Notes: generated by a model from the sequence alone, not told the origin. Counted from the stretch's first letter, positions 17,924-30,160 are shown. The stretch is DNA of 59,451 bases from Porticoccaceae bacterium (GCA_038145405.1 JAYQPQ010000003.1:1-59451), one strand, 5' to 3'. Numbers and translations: made by a program.

Positions 17924-18660
17924 AACTGGACGATAAAGTTGCCCTGGTCACCGGCGCCAGCCGCGGTATTGGTGCCGCCATTGCCGACAGCCTGGGCGCC
18001 CTGGGTGCCACGGTGATTGGCACGGCGACCTCCGAGCAGGGTGCGGCTGCCATCAGCAGTCGGTTTGCCGAAAAGGGCATCAAGGGCAGTGGCATGGTGC
18101 TGCGAGTACAGGATGCCGAGCAGCTCGAAGCGGTCATGGCCGCCATCGACACCCAGTTTGGTGCCCCCACTATCTTGGTCAACAACGCGGGCATCACGCG
18201 CGACAATCTGATGATGCGCATGAAGGACGAAGAGTGGGATGAGGTCATCAACACCAACCTCAACGCGGTTTTTCGCGTCACCAAAGCCTGTCTACGCGGA
18301 ATGATGAAGGCGCGTTGGGGGCGCATTGTCAGTATCAGTTCAGTGGTTGGCAGCATGGGCAATGCCGGCCAGTGCAATTACGCGGCGACCAAGGCCGCCG
18401 TGGCCGGGTTTTCCCGTTCGCTGGCGCGCGAAGTGGGTTCGCGCGGCATCACGGTCAATACGTTGGCACCGGGCTTTATCGATACCGATATGACGCGCGA
18501 ACTCAGCGAAGCCCAGGCGACTGCAATGTTGGCAGCAGTGCCGCTGGGACGCTTTGGCAATGTGCAGGAAATTGCCGATGCCGTGGCCTTTCTGGTGACC
18601 TCCGGCAGCTATATCACGGGCGAAACCATCCACGTGAATGGCGGCATGTATATGGCCTAG
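17920..18660 (+). CDS. fabG: 3-oxoacyl-ACP reductase
   Basis: VTGASRGIGAAIA, NNAGITRD, and YAATKAAVAGFSRSLA. The start overlaps the fabD stop (ATGA). Confidence 0.95.
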   Translation: MKLDDKVALVTGASRGIGAAIADSLGALGATVIGTATSEQGAAAISSRFAEKGIKGSGMVLRVQDAEQLEAVMAAIDTQFGAPTILVNNAGITRDNLMMRMKDEEWDEVINTNLNAVFRVTKACLRGMMKARWGRIVSISSVVGSMGNAGQCNYAATKAAVAGFSRSLAREVGSRGITVNTLAPGFIDTDMTRELSEAQATAMLAAVPLGRFGNVQEIADAVAFLVTSGSYITGETIHVNGGMYMA

Positions 18661-18812
18661 GCCTAGCCGTCAAAGGGCCAAAAATCAATACTGTTGCCTT
18701 GTTAACGAAATATGTAAAATGTCGCACTCCCGAAAAGTCGGGGAAACATTTCCATGCTATTGACGGCTCCAGATCAATAGTTCCAACTTAAAAATGGGGA
18801 GAGAGATACATC

Positions 18813-19049
18813 ATGAGTAGTATCGAAGAACGTGTAAAAAAGATCGTCGCTGAACAGCTCGGCGTGAATGAGTCCGAGGTCAGCAATGAGGCTTCCTTTG
18901 TTGAAGATCTGGGAGCGGATTCACTGGATACGGTAGAGCTGGTTATGGCTCTGGAAGAAGAGTTCGAAACCGAGATTCCCGACGAAGAAGCCGAGAAGAT
19001 CACCACCGTTCAACTGGCCATCGATTACATCAACAATAATCTGGGCTGA
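18813..19049 (+). CDS. acpP: Acyl carrier protein
   Basis: [12 protein letters not shown]...[20 protein letters not shown], which contains the phosphopantetheine Ser motif. Confidence 0.97.
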   Translation: MSSIEERVKKIVAEQLGVNESEVSNEASFVEDLGADSLDTVELVMALEEEFETEIPDEEAEKITTVQLAIDYINNNLG

Positions 19050-19080
19050 TTGCGCTAAGCAACGAGAGAAATCAAAAAAA

Positions 19081-19113
19081 GCCGGTTGAGAGGCTGATCA
19101 ACCGGCTTTTTTT
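19081..19113 (+). terminator. Rho-independent terminator after acpP
   Basis: GCCGGTTGA ... TCAACCGGC 9-bp stem followed by a T-run at 19107-19113. Confidence 0.8.
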
Positions 19114-19131
19114 ATGCTCGAATACTTCCCC

Positions 19132-19949
19132 ATGAATAAGCAGCCAAAACCTAACGGCATTTCCCACTTCGATATCCAGCCGTCGAATCGCGGCTTGGCG
19201 TTCGGCGACGGACTCTATGAGTCCATGCGCTGCATCGATCGGGAAATTCCGCTCTATGGCCATCATAAGGAGCGCCTGCTGGCTTCCCTCAAGCGCCTGC
19301 ACATCGCCCTCGATGAAGCCGGCCTGGAAGCCGAGCTCAACGGTGTGCTCGCCCAGTTGCCGCGCCAGGGCAGTTCGGTGGTCAAGTTGATCGTTACCCG
19401 GGGCGATTCACCGCGCGGATACCGCGCCGACCCCCAGGCGCCGGCCTGGAAGCTCTGGCAGGTCTTTGCAGCGCCGGCCTGCTATGGCGACGCGCTGACA
19501 CTGGGGCTTTGTGCTACGCGCTTGGCCGAACAACCGCTGCTCGCCGGCATGAAACACCTGAATCGACTCGAACAGGTGCTGGCGCGTCTACAATGGGACG
19601 ATGAGTACGACGACGCCCTGATGCTGAATTTTCAGGACCAGGTCGTTGAAACCGTGTCGGCCAATGTGCTGCTGCTGAAGGGCGATCGGCTGTTGACTCC
19701 GCAGCTCTCCGGCAGTGGCGTCAGTGGGGTGATGCGCACCTATCTCAGGGACAGGGTACTGCCGCTCGCCGGGCTAAAAATAGAAGAAGCGTCCATCACC
19801 CTGGCCGATGTGGAACGGGCCGACGGGCTCTGGCTGTGCAATTCAGTGCGCGGTCTCGGGCAGGTCAGCCGTTGGCAGGATTGCACCTGGGCGCCGAGCA
19901 AGCGCTTTGCCCAGGTCAGGGATCACCTTTACCAGAGCCTGCATCCTCG

Positions 19950-19962
<13 letters not shown>
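19132..19962 (+). CDS. pabC: Aminodeoxychorismate lyase (class IV aminotransferase fold)
   Basis: NRGLAFGDGLYESMR, and MKHLNRLEQVLA carrying the PLP Lys. The position between acpP and mltG matches Pseudomonas and E. coli synteny. ATG 19132 was chosen over ATG 19114. Confidence 0.8.
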
Positions 19963-22508
<2,546 letters not shown>

Positions 22509-22616
22509 TTGATCTGTATCAGTTGTTGTGACGACAACAAAGTCATTACAATTCCCCTCTACCACCAATGCGGGCAACCCCTGATGGATTTCGGCTTTGC
22601 AGCAAAGGGCGGCATC

Positions 22617-22931
22617 ATGTCCCTCGCGCTGCGCGATCAGACGGCCATGTTTAATGCCTATATGCCTTTCGTTAAAGGTGGCGGCCTCTTTATCGAAACC
22701 ACCAAGCAGTTCCGATTTAGCGACGAGGTCTTTCTGCTGGTGGAATTCATGGATCAGCCTGAGCCTATACCGGTGGCTGCCAAGGTCATCCGGGTCACGC
22801 CCCGGGGCTCAACAACCTACAAGCCGGGTATCGGCATCCAGCTCATCGACGAGAATCGCGAGCTTATGAACTCCATCGAGACCGAGGTTGCCGAGATGCT
22901 GAAGTCCACCAAGCCCACCTACACCATGTAG
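22617..22931 (+). CDS. pilZ: Type IV pilus assembly PilZ-family protein
   Basis: AMFNAYMPFVKGGGLFIETTKQFRFSDEVFLLVEFMDQPEPIPVAAKVIRVTP matches the PilZ protein that follows holB in Pseudomonas. ATG 22617 was chosen (AAGGG upstream); the ORF is open from 22509. Confidence 0.8.
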   Translation: MSLALRDQTAMFNAYMPFVKGGGLFIETTKQFRFSDEVFLLVEFMDQPEPIPVAAKVIRVTPRGSTTYKPGIGIQLIDENRELMNSIETEVAEMLKSTKPTYTM

Positions 22932-22948
22932 TTGGGGTGGATTGAGGC

Positions 22949-23731
22949 GTGTTTGTCGACTCTCACTGTCATCTGGATCATCTCAAGCTTCCCGACCACC
23001 AGCATAGACTCGACCAGGAACTGACCCGGGCGCGAACCGCCGGCGTCAGTGGGTTCCTCTGCATTGGTATCGACTACGACCGCTTCGACCTACTGCTGGA
23101 CATCGAATCTCGTCACGCCGACGTCTGGATCACCATTGGCGAACATCCCCTGGCGGACAATCTGGCCGGGCAGGGCGACCGCCTGCGCCACTTTGCCGCG
23201 CATCCCCGTATCGTCGCCGTCGGCGAAACCGGACTGGATTACCATTACGCACCGGCCCAGGCCGAGGTTCAGCGCCGATCTTTCGCGCAACATCTGGCGA
23301 TTGCCGCGGAACTGAACAAGCCGGTGGTGGTGCACTCGCGCGAAGCGCATCGGGACACCATCGATCTGATCAGGGCGCATGGCGGCGCAGCGGGGGGCGT
23401 GTTGCACTGCTTTACCGACAGCTGGCACATGGCGCGGGAAGCCCTGGATCTGGGCTTTTATATTTCTATTTCCGGTATCGTCACCTTCGCCAATGCCAGC
23501 GCACTGCGCGATGTGGTAAAAAGGGTTCCGCTGGACCGGTTGCTGATTGAGACGGATTCGCCCTGGCTGGCGCCGGTGCCCTATCGCGGCAAGCCCAATA
23601 CGCCGGTTTTTTTGCCCAGGGTGGCTGAGACAGTAGCCGACTTGCAGGGCATCAGTGTCGCTGAACTGGGCCGGGCCACCTCTCAGAATTTCTTTAAACT
23701 ATTTTCTAAAATATCTGAAATAAATAAATGA
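22949..23731 (+). CDS. TatD-family metal-dependent hydrolase (YcfH type)
   Basis: GTG start. FVDSHCHLD, GETGLDYHY, VVHSREA, HCFT and ETDSPWLAP are present. Confidence 0.9.
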   Translation: MFVDSHCHLDHLKLPDHQHRLDQELTRARTAGVSGFLCIGIDYDRFDLLLDIESRHADVWITIGEHPLADNLAGQGDRLRHFAAHPRIVAVGETGLDYHYAPAQAEVQRRSFAQHLAIAAELNKPVVVHSREAHRDTIDLIRAHGGAAGGVLHCFTDSWHMAREALDLGFYISISGIVTFANASALRDVVKRVPLDRLLIETDSPWLAPVPYRGKPNTPVFLPRVAETVADLQGISVAELGRATSQNFFKLFSKISEINK

Positions 23732-24336
23732 TAAATAAGATAAAAATAATGATGGAAATGCAGGATTCCATGAATCGGCATGTGAATCCGGAATGGCGCC
23801 AGCAAGGCTTCGCCTGGTATCGCGCGATCTGGACCGAGTGCGCCGAACTCATGGAGCACTACGGCTGGAAATGGTGGAAGAAGCAACAACCGGATCAGGA
23901 TCAGGTCAGCCTCGAGCTCATCGATATCTGGCATTTCGGCATGAGCATCCTGCTGGTGGAACAGCGCTCGCTGGAGCAGATTGCCGAGCAATTGGACCAG
24001 GGGCTGTTGAGCCCGCCCGCAGGTGACTTTCGCGAAGCCCTGGAAGATTTCACCCTGGACGTGTTGCAGGGACGCAGCTTTGACCCATTGCGCTTTGCCG
24101 GGCTGATGCAGCTGGTCGGTCTGGATTTTGAGGAACTCTATCGCCGCTATGTAGGCAAGAACATGCTCAACCGGTTGCGCCAGGATCGCGGTTACAAGGC
24201 CGGTACCTACATCAAGGTCTGGCATGGTCGCGTGGACAACGAGGTGTTGATCGAGGTGCTGGCGCAGGCCAGTGTCGAATCCGAGGATTTCGCCGAACAG
24301 GTCTACGCCGCTCTGGATGCGGCCTACCCGGGTTAG
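23728..24336 (+). CDS. Dimeric all-alpha dUTPase (dUTPase_2 / MazG-like NTP-pyrophosphatase superfamily)
   Basis: WYRAIWTECAELMEHYGWKWWK, LELIDIWHFGMSILL and YVGKNMLNRLRQDRGYKAGTYIKVWHGRVDNEVL match, block for block, my recollection of the Campylobacter jejuni dimeric dUTPase sequence. Confidence 0.78.
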   Translation: MINKIKIMMEMQDSMNRHVNPEWRQQGFAWYRAIWTECAELMEHYGWKWWKKQQPDQDQVSLELIDIWHFGMSILLVEQRSLEQIAEQLDQGLLSPPAGDFREALEDFTLDVLQGRSFDPLRFAGLMQLVGLDFEELYRRYVGKNMLNRLRQDRGYKAGTYIKVWHGRVDNEVLIEVLAQASVESEDFAEQVYAALDAAYPG

Positions 24337-24338
24337 CT

Positions 24339-24644
24339 ATGCAACGGGGGCTGCTTGTGCTGGTCGCGGTCATTTTTCTGCTGGTGCAGTACCGCCTGTG
24401 GATCGGCGAGAACAGCCTGGCCGAGCGCCAACGGCTGGAAGCCGAAATCGCCGCCCAGCGTCTGGAAATCGATCGCCTCAAGGCGCGCAATGAAATTGTC
24501 GAGCGCGAAGTGCGCGCCCTGCGCGAGGGCCAGGGCGAACTGGAAGCACGCGCTCGGGAAGAGCTGGGTTTGGTCAAGGACGGCGAAACCTTTTATCTGA
24601 TCCTGGATGAAGAGGATCAATCGCCAGCGGAGCAGAGCCCCTGA
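24339..24644 (+). CDS. ftsB: Cell division protein FtsB
   Basis: N-terminal TM followed by a leucine-zipper-like coiled coil, and ARE-ELGLVKDGE-F near the C-terminus. It precedes ispD, as in other gammaproteobacteria. Confidence 0.88.
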   Translation: MQRGLLVLVAVIFLLVQYRLWIGENSLAERQRLEAEIAAQRLEIDRLKARNEIVEREVRALREGQGELEARAREELGLVKDGETFYLILDEEDQSPAEQSP

Positions 24645-25324
24645 TGGCCCATCATCTCGTGGTTGCCGCCGCCGGCAGAGGCGAGCGCTTCGGCGCCGCC
24701 AAGCCCAAGCAGTATGCCGAGCTCGCCGGCCAACCCCTGATTGAACATACCCTGCAGAATTTGCAGCAGCTATGGCCTTTTGCCAGCATCAGCCTGGGTT
24801 TGTCGGCGGGTGATCCGGGCTGGACTAGCCAGGTTTCCTGGCGGCGGGTGGATGGAGGTGCAAGCCGCGCGGCGACTGTGCTGGCCGTGCTGCAATCCCT
24901 GCAGGGCCTGGCCGAGGACGAGGATTGGATCTGGGTGCAGGATGCCGTGCGCCCCTTTTTGACGGCAGAGGTCGTAGGGCGCATCCAGGCCGGCCTGGCT
25001 GGCGATGCCGACGCCCTGGTGGTCGCCATGCCGGCGCAGGACACGCTCAAGCGGGTCAACGCTGAGCTGCGGGTAGAAAGTACGCTGGATCGTGCGCATA
25101 TATGGTGTGCGCAAACCCCCCAGATCTGCCGCTACGCCAAGCTTTTACGGGCATTCGAAGTCGCCGCCGCTGCCAATCTCCATGTCACTGACGAGGCCAT
25201 GGCCATGGAACAAGCCGGCTATCGCGTGCAGCTGGTGCTGGGCAGCGAAGACAATATCAAGATTACCCGGCCGGGCGACCTACGCCTGGCTCAATGCATT
25301 CTGCAAGCGAGGCACTCCACATGA
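24644..25324 (+). CDS. ispD: 2-C-methyl-D-erythritol 4-phosphate cytidylyltransferase
   Basis: [12 protein letters not shown]...[12 protein letters not shown], and ITRPGDL. Confidence 0.92.
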   Translation: MAHHLVVAAAGRGERFGAAKPKQYAELAGQPLIEHTLQNLQQLWPFASISLGLSAGDPGWTSQVSWRRVDGGASRAATVLAVLQSLQGLAEDEDWIWVQDAVRPFLTAEVVGRIQAGLAGDADALVVAMPAQDTLKRVNAELRVESTLDRAHIWCAQTPQICRYAKLLRAFEVAAAANLHVTDEAMAMEQAGYRVQLVLGSEDNIKITRPGDLRLAQCILQARHST

Positions 25325-25803
25325 TGCGCATCGGCCAGGGATTTGACGTGCATGCCTTTTGCCGGGGAGATCGCATTCGCATCGGCGGCCTGGACATTCC
25401 TCATACTCATGGTCTGGCCGCTCACTCGGACGGCGACGTGCTGCTGCATGCCATCTGCGACGCGCTGCTCGGCGCGCTGGCGCTGGGCGATATCGGCAAG
25501 CATTTCCCCGACACGGATGCCCGCTGGCACATGGCCGACAGTCGCGATCTGCTGCGCGCCGTCATGGCGCTGGTGAGCGAGCGCGGATGGGGCGTCGCTA
25601 ATCTGGACGCCACCCTGATCGCCGAACGACCCAAATTTGCACCCCATATCGAGGCGATGCGGACGCTGATTGCCGCCGATCTGGGCGTCGGGGTCGAGGC
25701 CATTAGCCTGAAAGCGACTACCACTGAAAAGCTCGGCTTTACCGGACGCGGCGAAGGCATCGCCGCTCAGGCGGTCGTTTTACTGACGGCATCGGCAGCC
25801 TGA
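25321..25803 (+). CDS. ispF: 2-C-methyl-D-erythritol 2,4-cyclodiphosphate synthase
   Basis: [13 protein letters not shown]...[29 protein letters not shown]. The start overlaps the ispD stop (ATGA). Confidence 0.95.
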   Translation: MMRIGQGFDVHAFCRGDRIRIGGLDIPHTHGLAAHSDGDVLLHAICDALLGALALGDIGKHFPDTDARWHMADSRDLLRAVMALVSERGWGVANLDATLIAERPKFAPHIEAMRTLIAADLGVGVEAISLKATTTEKLGFTGRGEGIAAQAVVLLTASAA

Positions 25804-25888
25804 TGGCTGTGCTAACATTTGGCCTCGCGCGCTACGACCTGGTCGGGCAGCGCTTCCTGACCTTATCCAACCAGACGATCTGTCGCCT

Positions 25889-26563
25889 ATGAATGACATT
25901 CAGCGACGCGGCATTGGCATGACCTCCCAGCGCACCCGCGATCGCCTTATCCGGCGCCTGCAGGAAGAGGATATCACCAATCAGGCCGTGCTCGACGCCA
26001 TGCGTAATACGCCCCGCCATCTCTTTGTCGAAGAGGCACTCGCGCATCGGGCCTACGAGGATTCCGCCCTGCCCATCGGGTTTTCCCAGACGATCTCCCA
26101 GCCCTATATAGTGGCGCGCATGACTGAGGTGTTGCTGTCGGCCGGCATTCCGCAAAAGGTGTTGGAAATCGGCACCGGCTGTGGCTATCAGACGGCCATC
26201 CTGGCGCGTCTGGTACCCCAGGTATACAGCGTGGAGCGCATTCAACCGCTGCTGGAGCGGGCTCGCGCTCGCCTGCGCGAACAGGGTCATCGCAACGTGC
26301 AGCTAAAACTGGCCGATGGGGGTATGGGCTGGCCGGAGAAGGGGCCCTACAACGCCATCATTAGTACGGCGGCGCCCGAGCGCGTGCCAGCCGAGCTTTT
26401 GCAGCAGCTGGCGCCCAGCGGCATTCTGGTCATTCCGGTGGGCAGTGAAAACAAGCAGGTATTGCAGGCCATCGTGCGTCGCGGCGATAGCCAGAACTTC
26501 GATACCCTGCAGCTTGAGGCTGTACGCTTTGTGCCCCTACTGGGTGGCGTGGAGCGCCAATGA
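25889..26563 (+). CDS. pcm: Protein-L-isoaspartate O-methyltransferase
   Basis: [13 protein letters not shown] and the SAM motif [13 protein letters not shown]. An alternative start at 25919 ([10 protein letters not shown]) is equally plausible. Confidence 0.9.
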   Translation: MNDIQRRGIGMTSQRTRDRLIRRLQEEDITNQAVLDAMRNTPRHLFVEEALAHRAYEDSALPIGFSQTISQPYIVARMTEVLLSAGIPQKVLEIGTGCGYQTAILARLVPQVYSVERIQPLLERARARLREQGHRNVQLKLADGGMGWPEKGPYNAIISTAAPERVPAELLQQLAPSGILVIPVGSENKQVLQAIVRRGDSQNFDTLQLEAVRFVPLLGGVERQ

Positions 26564-27489
26564 GCAAGTTGCAACGCTGCCTGCACACGTTGGGTATTTA
26601 CCTGCGTGGCTTTGCCATGGGCTGCGCCGATGTAGTACCAGGCGTCTCCGGCGGCACCATCGCCCTGATCACCCAGGTTTATGAGCGACTGATCACCGCT
26701 CTGACGCGCATGGATCTGGCCGCTGTTCGTCTCCTTCTGGCAGGGCGGTTTGGCGCGCTCTGGCGGCATGTGGATGGCGCCTTTCTGCTGCCCTTAGGCC
26801 TCGGCATTCTCAGTGCCATCTTTACCCTGGCCAATGCCATCGCCTGGTTGCTGGAGAATCGGCCGTTGTCGGTCTGGTCGTTTTTTTCCGGCCTGATTCT
26901 GGCTTCCACACTCTATTTGATGAAGCAACTGGATTTTCGCCACCGCTTGCGTCAGATCGGCTATCTTCTTCTCGGCATTGGCCTCGTCCTGGTGATCAAT
27001 CAGCTGTCTCCCGCGCTGGTCAATCCACAGCTCTGGCTGGTCTTTGTATCGGGCTTCGTCGCCATTAGTGCCATGCTGCTGCCGGGCATATCCGGCAGTT
27101 TTATTCTGTTGATGCTGGGCCTTTACCATCCCACGCTGGATGCGGTCCGCTACCTCGACCTGCTTTATCTCGCCTGCTTTGCCGGGGGGGCAGGGCTGGG
27201 GTTTCTGTCCTTCAGCCGACTGATCAGCTGGCTCTTGCGTCATTACCACCACCAGACCCTGCTTTTTCTGGTCGGCCTGCTGGCGGGCTCGTTGCAGGCT
27301 ACCTGGCCCTGGAAAATGCCGGTCGAAGCGGGAGAGGTGGCTGCTAACCTCAGTCCTTCAGCCTATGCCGAGCTCATGGGATCGGATGGCATGGCCCAGG
27401 TGCTCCTGGTTGCGGCCGCCGCCATGTTGCTAGTTTGGGCAATGGAGTGGGCCGGTGCACGTCTGGATCGTGGTCGTGAGGCCGCTTAA
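26560..27489 (+). CDS. DUF368-family polytopic membrane protein
   Basis: [17 protein letters not shown] and a second [15 protein letters not shown] repeat, with about 8 predicted TM segments. The start overlaps the pcm stop. Confidence 0.82.
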   Translation: MSKLQRCLHTLGIYLRGFAMGCADVVPGVSGGTIALITQVYERLITALTRMDLAAVRLLLAGRFGALWRHVDGAFLLPLGLGILSAIFTLANAIAWLLENRPLSVWSFFSGLILASTLYLMKQLDFRHRLRQIGYLLLGIGLVLVINQLSPALVNPQLWLVFVSGFVAISAMLLPGISGSFILLMLGLYHPTLDAVRYLDLLYLACFAGGAGLGFLSFSRLISWLLRHYHHQTLLFLVGLLAGSLQATWPWKMPVEAGEVAANLSPSAYAELMGSDGMAQVLLVAAAAMLLVWAMEWAGARLDRGREAA

Positions 27490-28237
27490 CACGCCGCTGG
27501 CCCTGCTGCTATTGCTGGCAGCGCTGCTGGCGGGCTGTGCGGGTAGCGAGATGGCGGCACCGGTCGAAGATCGCCAGCAACCGCCGTCGCGCAGTCTGCG
27601 GCTGCACTTTGTCGATCGCGAGGAAACTCTCTACAGCATTGCCTTTCGCTACGAGTCCAGCGTGGCTGAGCTGGCGCGCATCAACGGGCTGCGATCGCCC
27701 TATATTATTTATCCCGGACAGCGTCTCTTTCTGACCTCTGAAGCGGCCGGAGCCCAGCCGGTGCCGGCTGCCGCCACATCGACACCAGCGCCGTTTCCTT
27801 CAAGTCAGCCGACCCGCCCCGTAGCCGAAAGCAATCGCGTGGCCAGTGTCGAATTGCCATCCCGTGTAGGCGATTGGGCCTGGCCCCTGAGCGGGCGCGT
27901 CAGCCGCGCCTTCGGTTCGGGAATGCCCGCCGCCAAGGGGCTTTCTATCGCAGCTGACACCGGTAGCGAGGTGCAGTCCGCCGCGGCCGGGGTCGTGGTT
28001 TACAGCGGCAATGGGTTACGCGGGTACGGCAATCTGGTGATTGTGAAACATAGCGAGACTCTGCTGACGGCCTATGCCCACAATTCGGAACTGCTGGTCG
28101 GTGAGGGCGATCAGGTACACCTGGGGCAGACCATTGCGCGGGTGGGGCGCAATCCGGACGGCAATGCCGAGCTGTATTTTGAATTGCGTCTGGATGGCAA
28201 GCCGGTCGATCCGGTGCGTTATTTGCCGACGCGCTAG
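27455..28237 (+). CDS. nlpD: NlpD-type murein hydrolase activator lipoprotein (LysM + degenerate M23 domain)
   Basis: It has the lipobox LLAGCAG and a LysM domain (YSIAFRYESSVAELARINGL...IYPGQRLFL). The C-terminus GYGNLVIVKHSETLLTAYAHNSELLV...ELYFELRLDGKPVDPVRYLP is very close to E. coli NlpD. The start could be GTG 27455 or GTG 27476. Confidence 0.85.
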   Translation: MHVWIVVVRPLNTPLALLLLLAALLAGCAGSEMAAPVEDRQQPPSRSLRLHFVDREETLYSIAFRYESSVAELARINGLRSPYIIYPGQRLFLTSEAAGAQPVPAAATSTPAPFPSSQPTRPVAESNRVASVELPSRVGDWAWPLSGRVSRAFGSGMPAAKGLSIAADTGSEVQSAAAGVVVYSGNGLRGYGNLVIVKHSETLLTAYAHNSELLVGEGDQVHLGQTIARVGRNPDGNAELYFELRLDGKPVDPVRYLPTR

Positions 28238-28249
28238 GATGGGAAGACT

Positions 28250-28366
28250 GGAGGCGACCCCATCGACGGGACTCCGGCACAGGAAAGCGCTGCTACCGTT
28301 GTTCCCTTCCGGGCCTGGCGGGGTTTACAGCTTTTCCTTGCGGAGGGCCGACGGGGCCGCCATGGA
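28250..28366 (-). ncRNA. ffs: Signal recognition particle RNA (4.5S RNA)
   Basis: The minus strand reads GGCGGCCCCGUCGG...CCAGGCCCGGAAGGGAACAACGGUAGCAG...GUGCCGG...CCGUCGAUGGGGUCGCC. The ends form a 14-bp helix with 3 G-U pairs. The internal CCAGGNCCGGAAGGNA...GGNAGCAG...GUGCCGG block parallels the conserved domain IV of E. coli 4.5S RNA. Confidence 0.8.
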
Positions 28367-28373
28367 GGGGCGC

Positions 28374-28402
28374 ATTATGGTCGCAGCACCTGCGCATTGC
28401 AA
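28374..28402 (-). promoter_or_regulatory. Sigma70-type promoter for ffs (TTGCAA-17 nt-CATAAT)
   Basis: On the minus strand TTGCAA is at 28402-28397, the spacer is 17 nt, and CATAAT is at 28379-28374, about 12 nt before the first paired base of the SRP RNA. Confidence 0.55.
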
Positions 28403-28475
28403 CGCGCTCCAGGCCCGACCGCTGCGGCGGAATTAATTGGGTATAATCCGGGATTCGTAAAATCTTGTTCAACTC

Positions 28476-30137
28476 ATGAGCTATCAGGTTCTCGCGCGCA
28501 AATGGCGCCCCCAGGTGTTTGCCGATGTGGTCGGCCAGGATCATGTACTGCGGGCGCTCATCAACGCGCTGGAGCAACAGCGGCTGCATCACGCCTATCT
28601 CTTCACCGGTGCGCGCGGCGTTGGCAAGACCACGCTGGCGCGCATCCTGGCGCGTTGCCTCAACTGCGAAACCGGCATCACGGCGACACCTTGCGGTGAA
28701 TGCTCGGCCTGTCGCGAGATCAGCGAGGGCCGCTTCGTCGACCTGATTGAAGTGGATGCTGCGTCGCGCACCAAGGTGGAAGACACCCGCGACCTGCTCG
28801 AGAACGTTCAGTACGCACCCACCCGGGGACGTTTCAAGATCTATCTGATCGACGAAGTGCACATGCTGTCGACGCACAGCTTCAATGCCCTGCTGAAAAC
28901 CCTGGAAGAGCCACCGGAGCATGTCAAGTTTCTGCTCGCCACCACGGATCCGCAGAAACTGCCGGTGACGGTGCTGTCGCGCTGCCTGCAGTTCAATCTG
29001 AAAAACCTCGGCGCCGCGCAGATTGTCGAGTATTTGCAACAGATTCTGGCAGTGGAAAATATTCCCGCCGAAGAGCATGCGCTTTGGCAGCTGGCCACGG
29101 CGGCCACTGGCAGTATGCGCGATGCCCTAAGCCTGACCGACCAGGCCATCGCTCACGGCAATGGCCAACTGCGCGAGCAGGAGGTCGCGGCCATGCTGGG
29201 CACAGTGGATCAGGCCCATATTCACCAGCTGCTGCAGGCATTGATTGCCGGCGATGGCGAGGCTCTGCTCAAGCAGTGCGATGAGCTGGCGCAGCTGGCA
29301 GTCGATTACACCGGGCTGGTCGACCAGCTGCTTGAATCCATGCACCGCATCGCCCTGGCAAAGACCCTGCCTTCCATCAGCCATCGCAGTCGCATCGACG
29401 ACCATCAGGTCGCTACCTATGCGGCCGCACTGGCGGCAGAAGATGTCCAGCTCTACTACCAAATGCTGTTGCTCGGACGTCGCGATCTGAGTCTGGCTCC
29501 CGATTTGCAGATGGGGTTCGAGATGCTCATGCTGCGGCTGCACGCCTTTCGTCCGCTGGCGGCCAGGACCAGTGCCGAATCCTCCGCGGAGACCAGCCAG
29601 CCAAAAAAGCCGCTCGCCCCGTCTGACGGGGCGCAGCAGGTACCGCGGGAGGGTGCCCGTCAGGTGCGCATCGAGCTGGATTCGGCAGCACCGCCAGCGG
29701 CTGTACCCAATCCGAGGCTCGACCCGGTGCCGGAAGAGCGGGACGATACGGCAGCTGAGCACTGGATCAGACTTTTTGCACAGTTGCCGCTGGACGGCAT
29801 GATGCGCAGCCTGTGCAGCCACCTCTCGCTGGAGCAGCGCGATGGCAAACACTGGGTTTTCTGCCGCGATGCCGAGGGTGCGGGCTTGTTCAGCGACAAG
29901 CATCGCGAACGCCTGCAGACCATGCTGATCGAGGCCATGCAGGAGCCGGTTGAAATTCGCATTGAAGACCGCCCCGGCGCTTTTGAAACACCGGCTCAGC
30001 GATCGCGGCGGTTGCATCTGGAAGAAATAGAGCGGGCGCGAGCCACGCTCATGGAATTGCCGGAGGTCCAGCGCATTCTGCGCGAATTTGACGGCGTTCT
30101 GGACGCGGATTCCATCCGTATCGAACACAAGCACTAA
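28476..30137 (+). CDS. dnaX: DNA polymerase III subunit tau (with a gamma product predicted by frameshifting)
   Basis: [32 protein letters not shown]....[15 protein letters not shown], the zinc module [10 protein letters not shown], and the SRC motif. Confidence 0.95.
   Translation: MSYQVLARKWRPQVFADVVGQDHVLRALINALEQQRLHHAYLFTGARGVGKTTLARILARCLNCETGITATPCGECSACREISEGRFVDLIEVDAASRTKVEDTRDLLENVQYAPTRGRFKIYLIDEVHMLSTHSFNALLKTLEEPPEHVKFLLATTDPQKLPVTVLSRCLQFNLKNLGAAQIVEYLQQILAVENIPAEEHALWQLATAATGSMRDALSLTDQAIAHGNGQLREQEVAAMLGTVDQAHIHQLLQALIAGDGEALLKQCDELAQLAVDYTGLVDQLLESMHRIALAKTLPSISHRSRIDDHQVATYAAALAAEDVQLYYQMLLLGRRDLSLAPDLQMGFEMLMLRLHAFRPLAARTSAESSAETSQPKKPLAPSDGAQQVPREGARQVRIELDSAAPPAAVPNPRLDPVPEERDDTAAEHWIRLFAQLPLDGMMRSLCSHLSLEQRDGKHWVFCRDAEGAGLFSDKHRERLQTMLIEAMQEPVEIRIEDRPGAFETPAQRSRRLHLEEIERARATLMELPEVQRILREFDGVLDADSIRIEHKH
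29588..29633 (+). promoter_or_regulatory. Programmed -1 ribosomal frameshift signal in dnaX (SD-like GGAG, A_AAA_AAG heptamer, downstream hairpin)
   Basis: GGAG is at 29588-29591. The heptamer A AAA AAG at 29603-29609 is in the correct phase (cc-A AAA AAG). After a 5-nt spacer comes a perfect 7-bp hairpin, CGCCCCG (29615-21) / CGGGGCG (29627-33). The -1 frame reads GCC GCT CGC CCC GTC TGA, with the stop in the hairpin loop. Confidence 0.75.
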
Positions 30138-30160
30138 TCAGCCCAAAGGGTGGAGTATTT

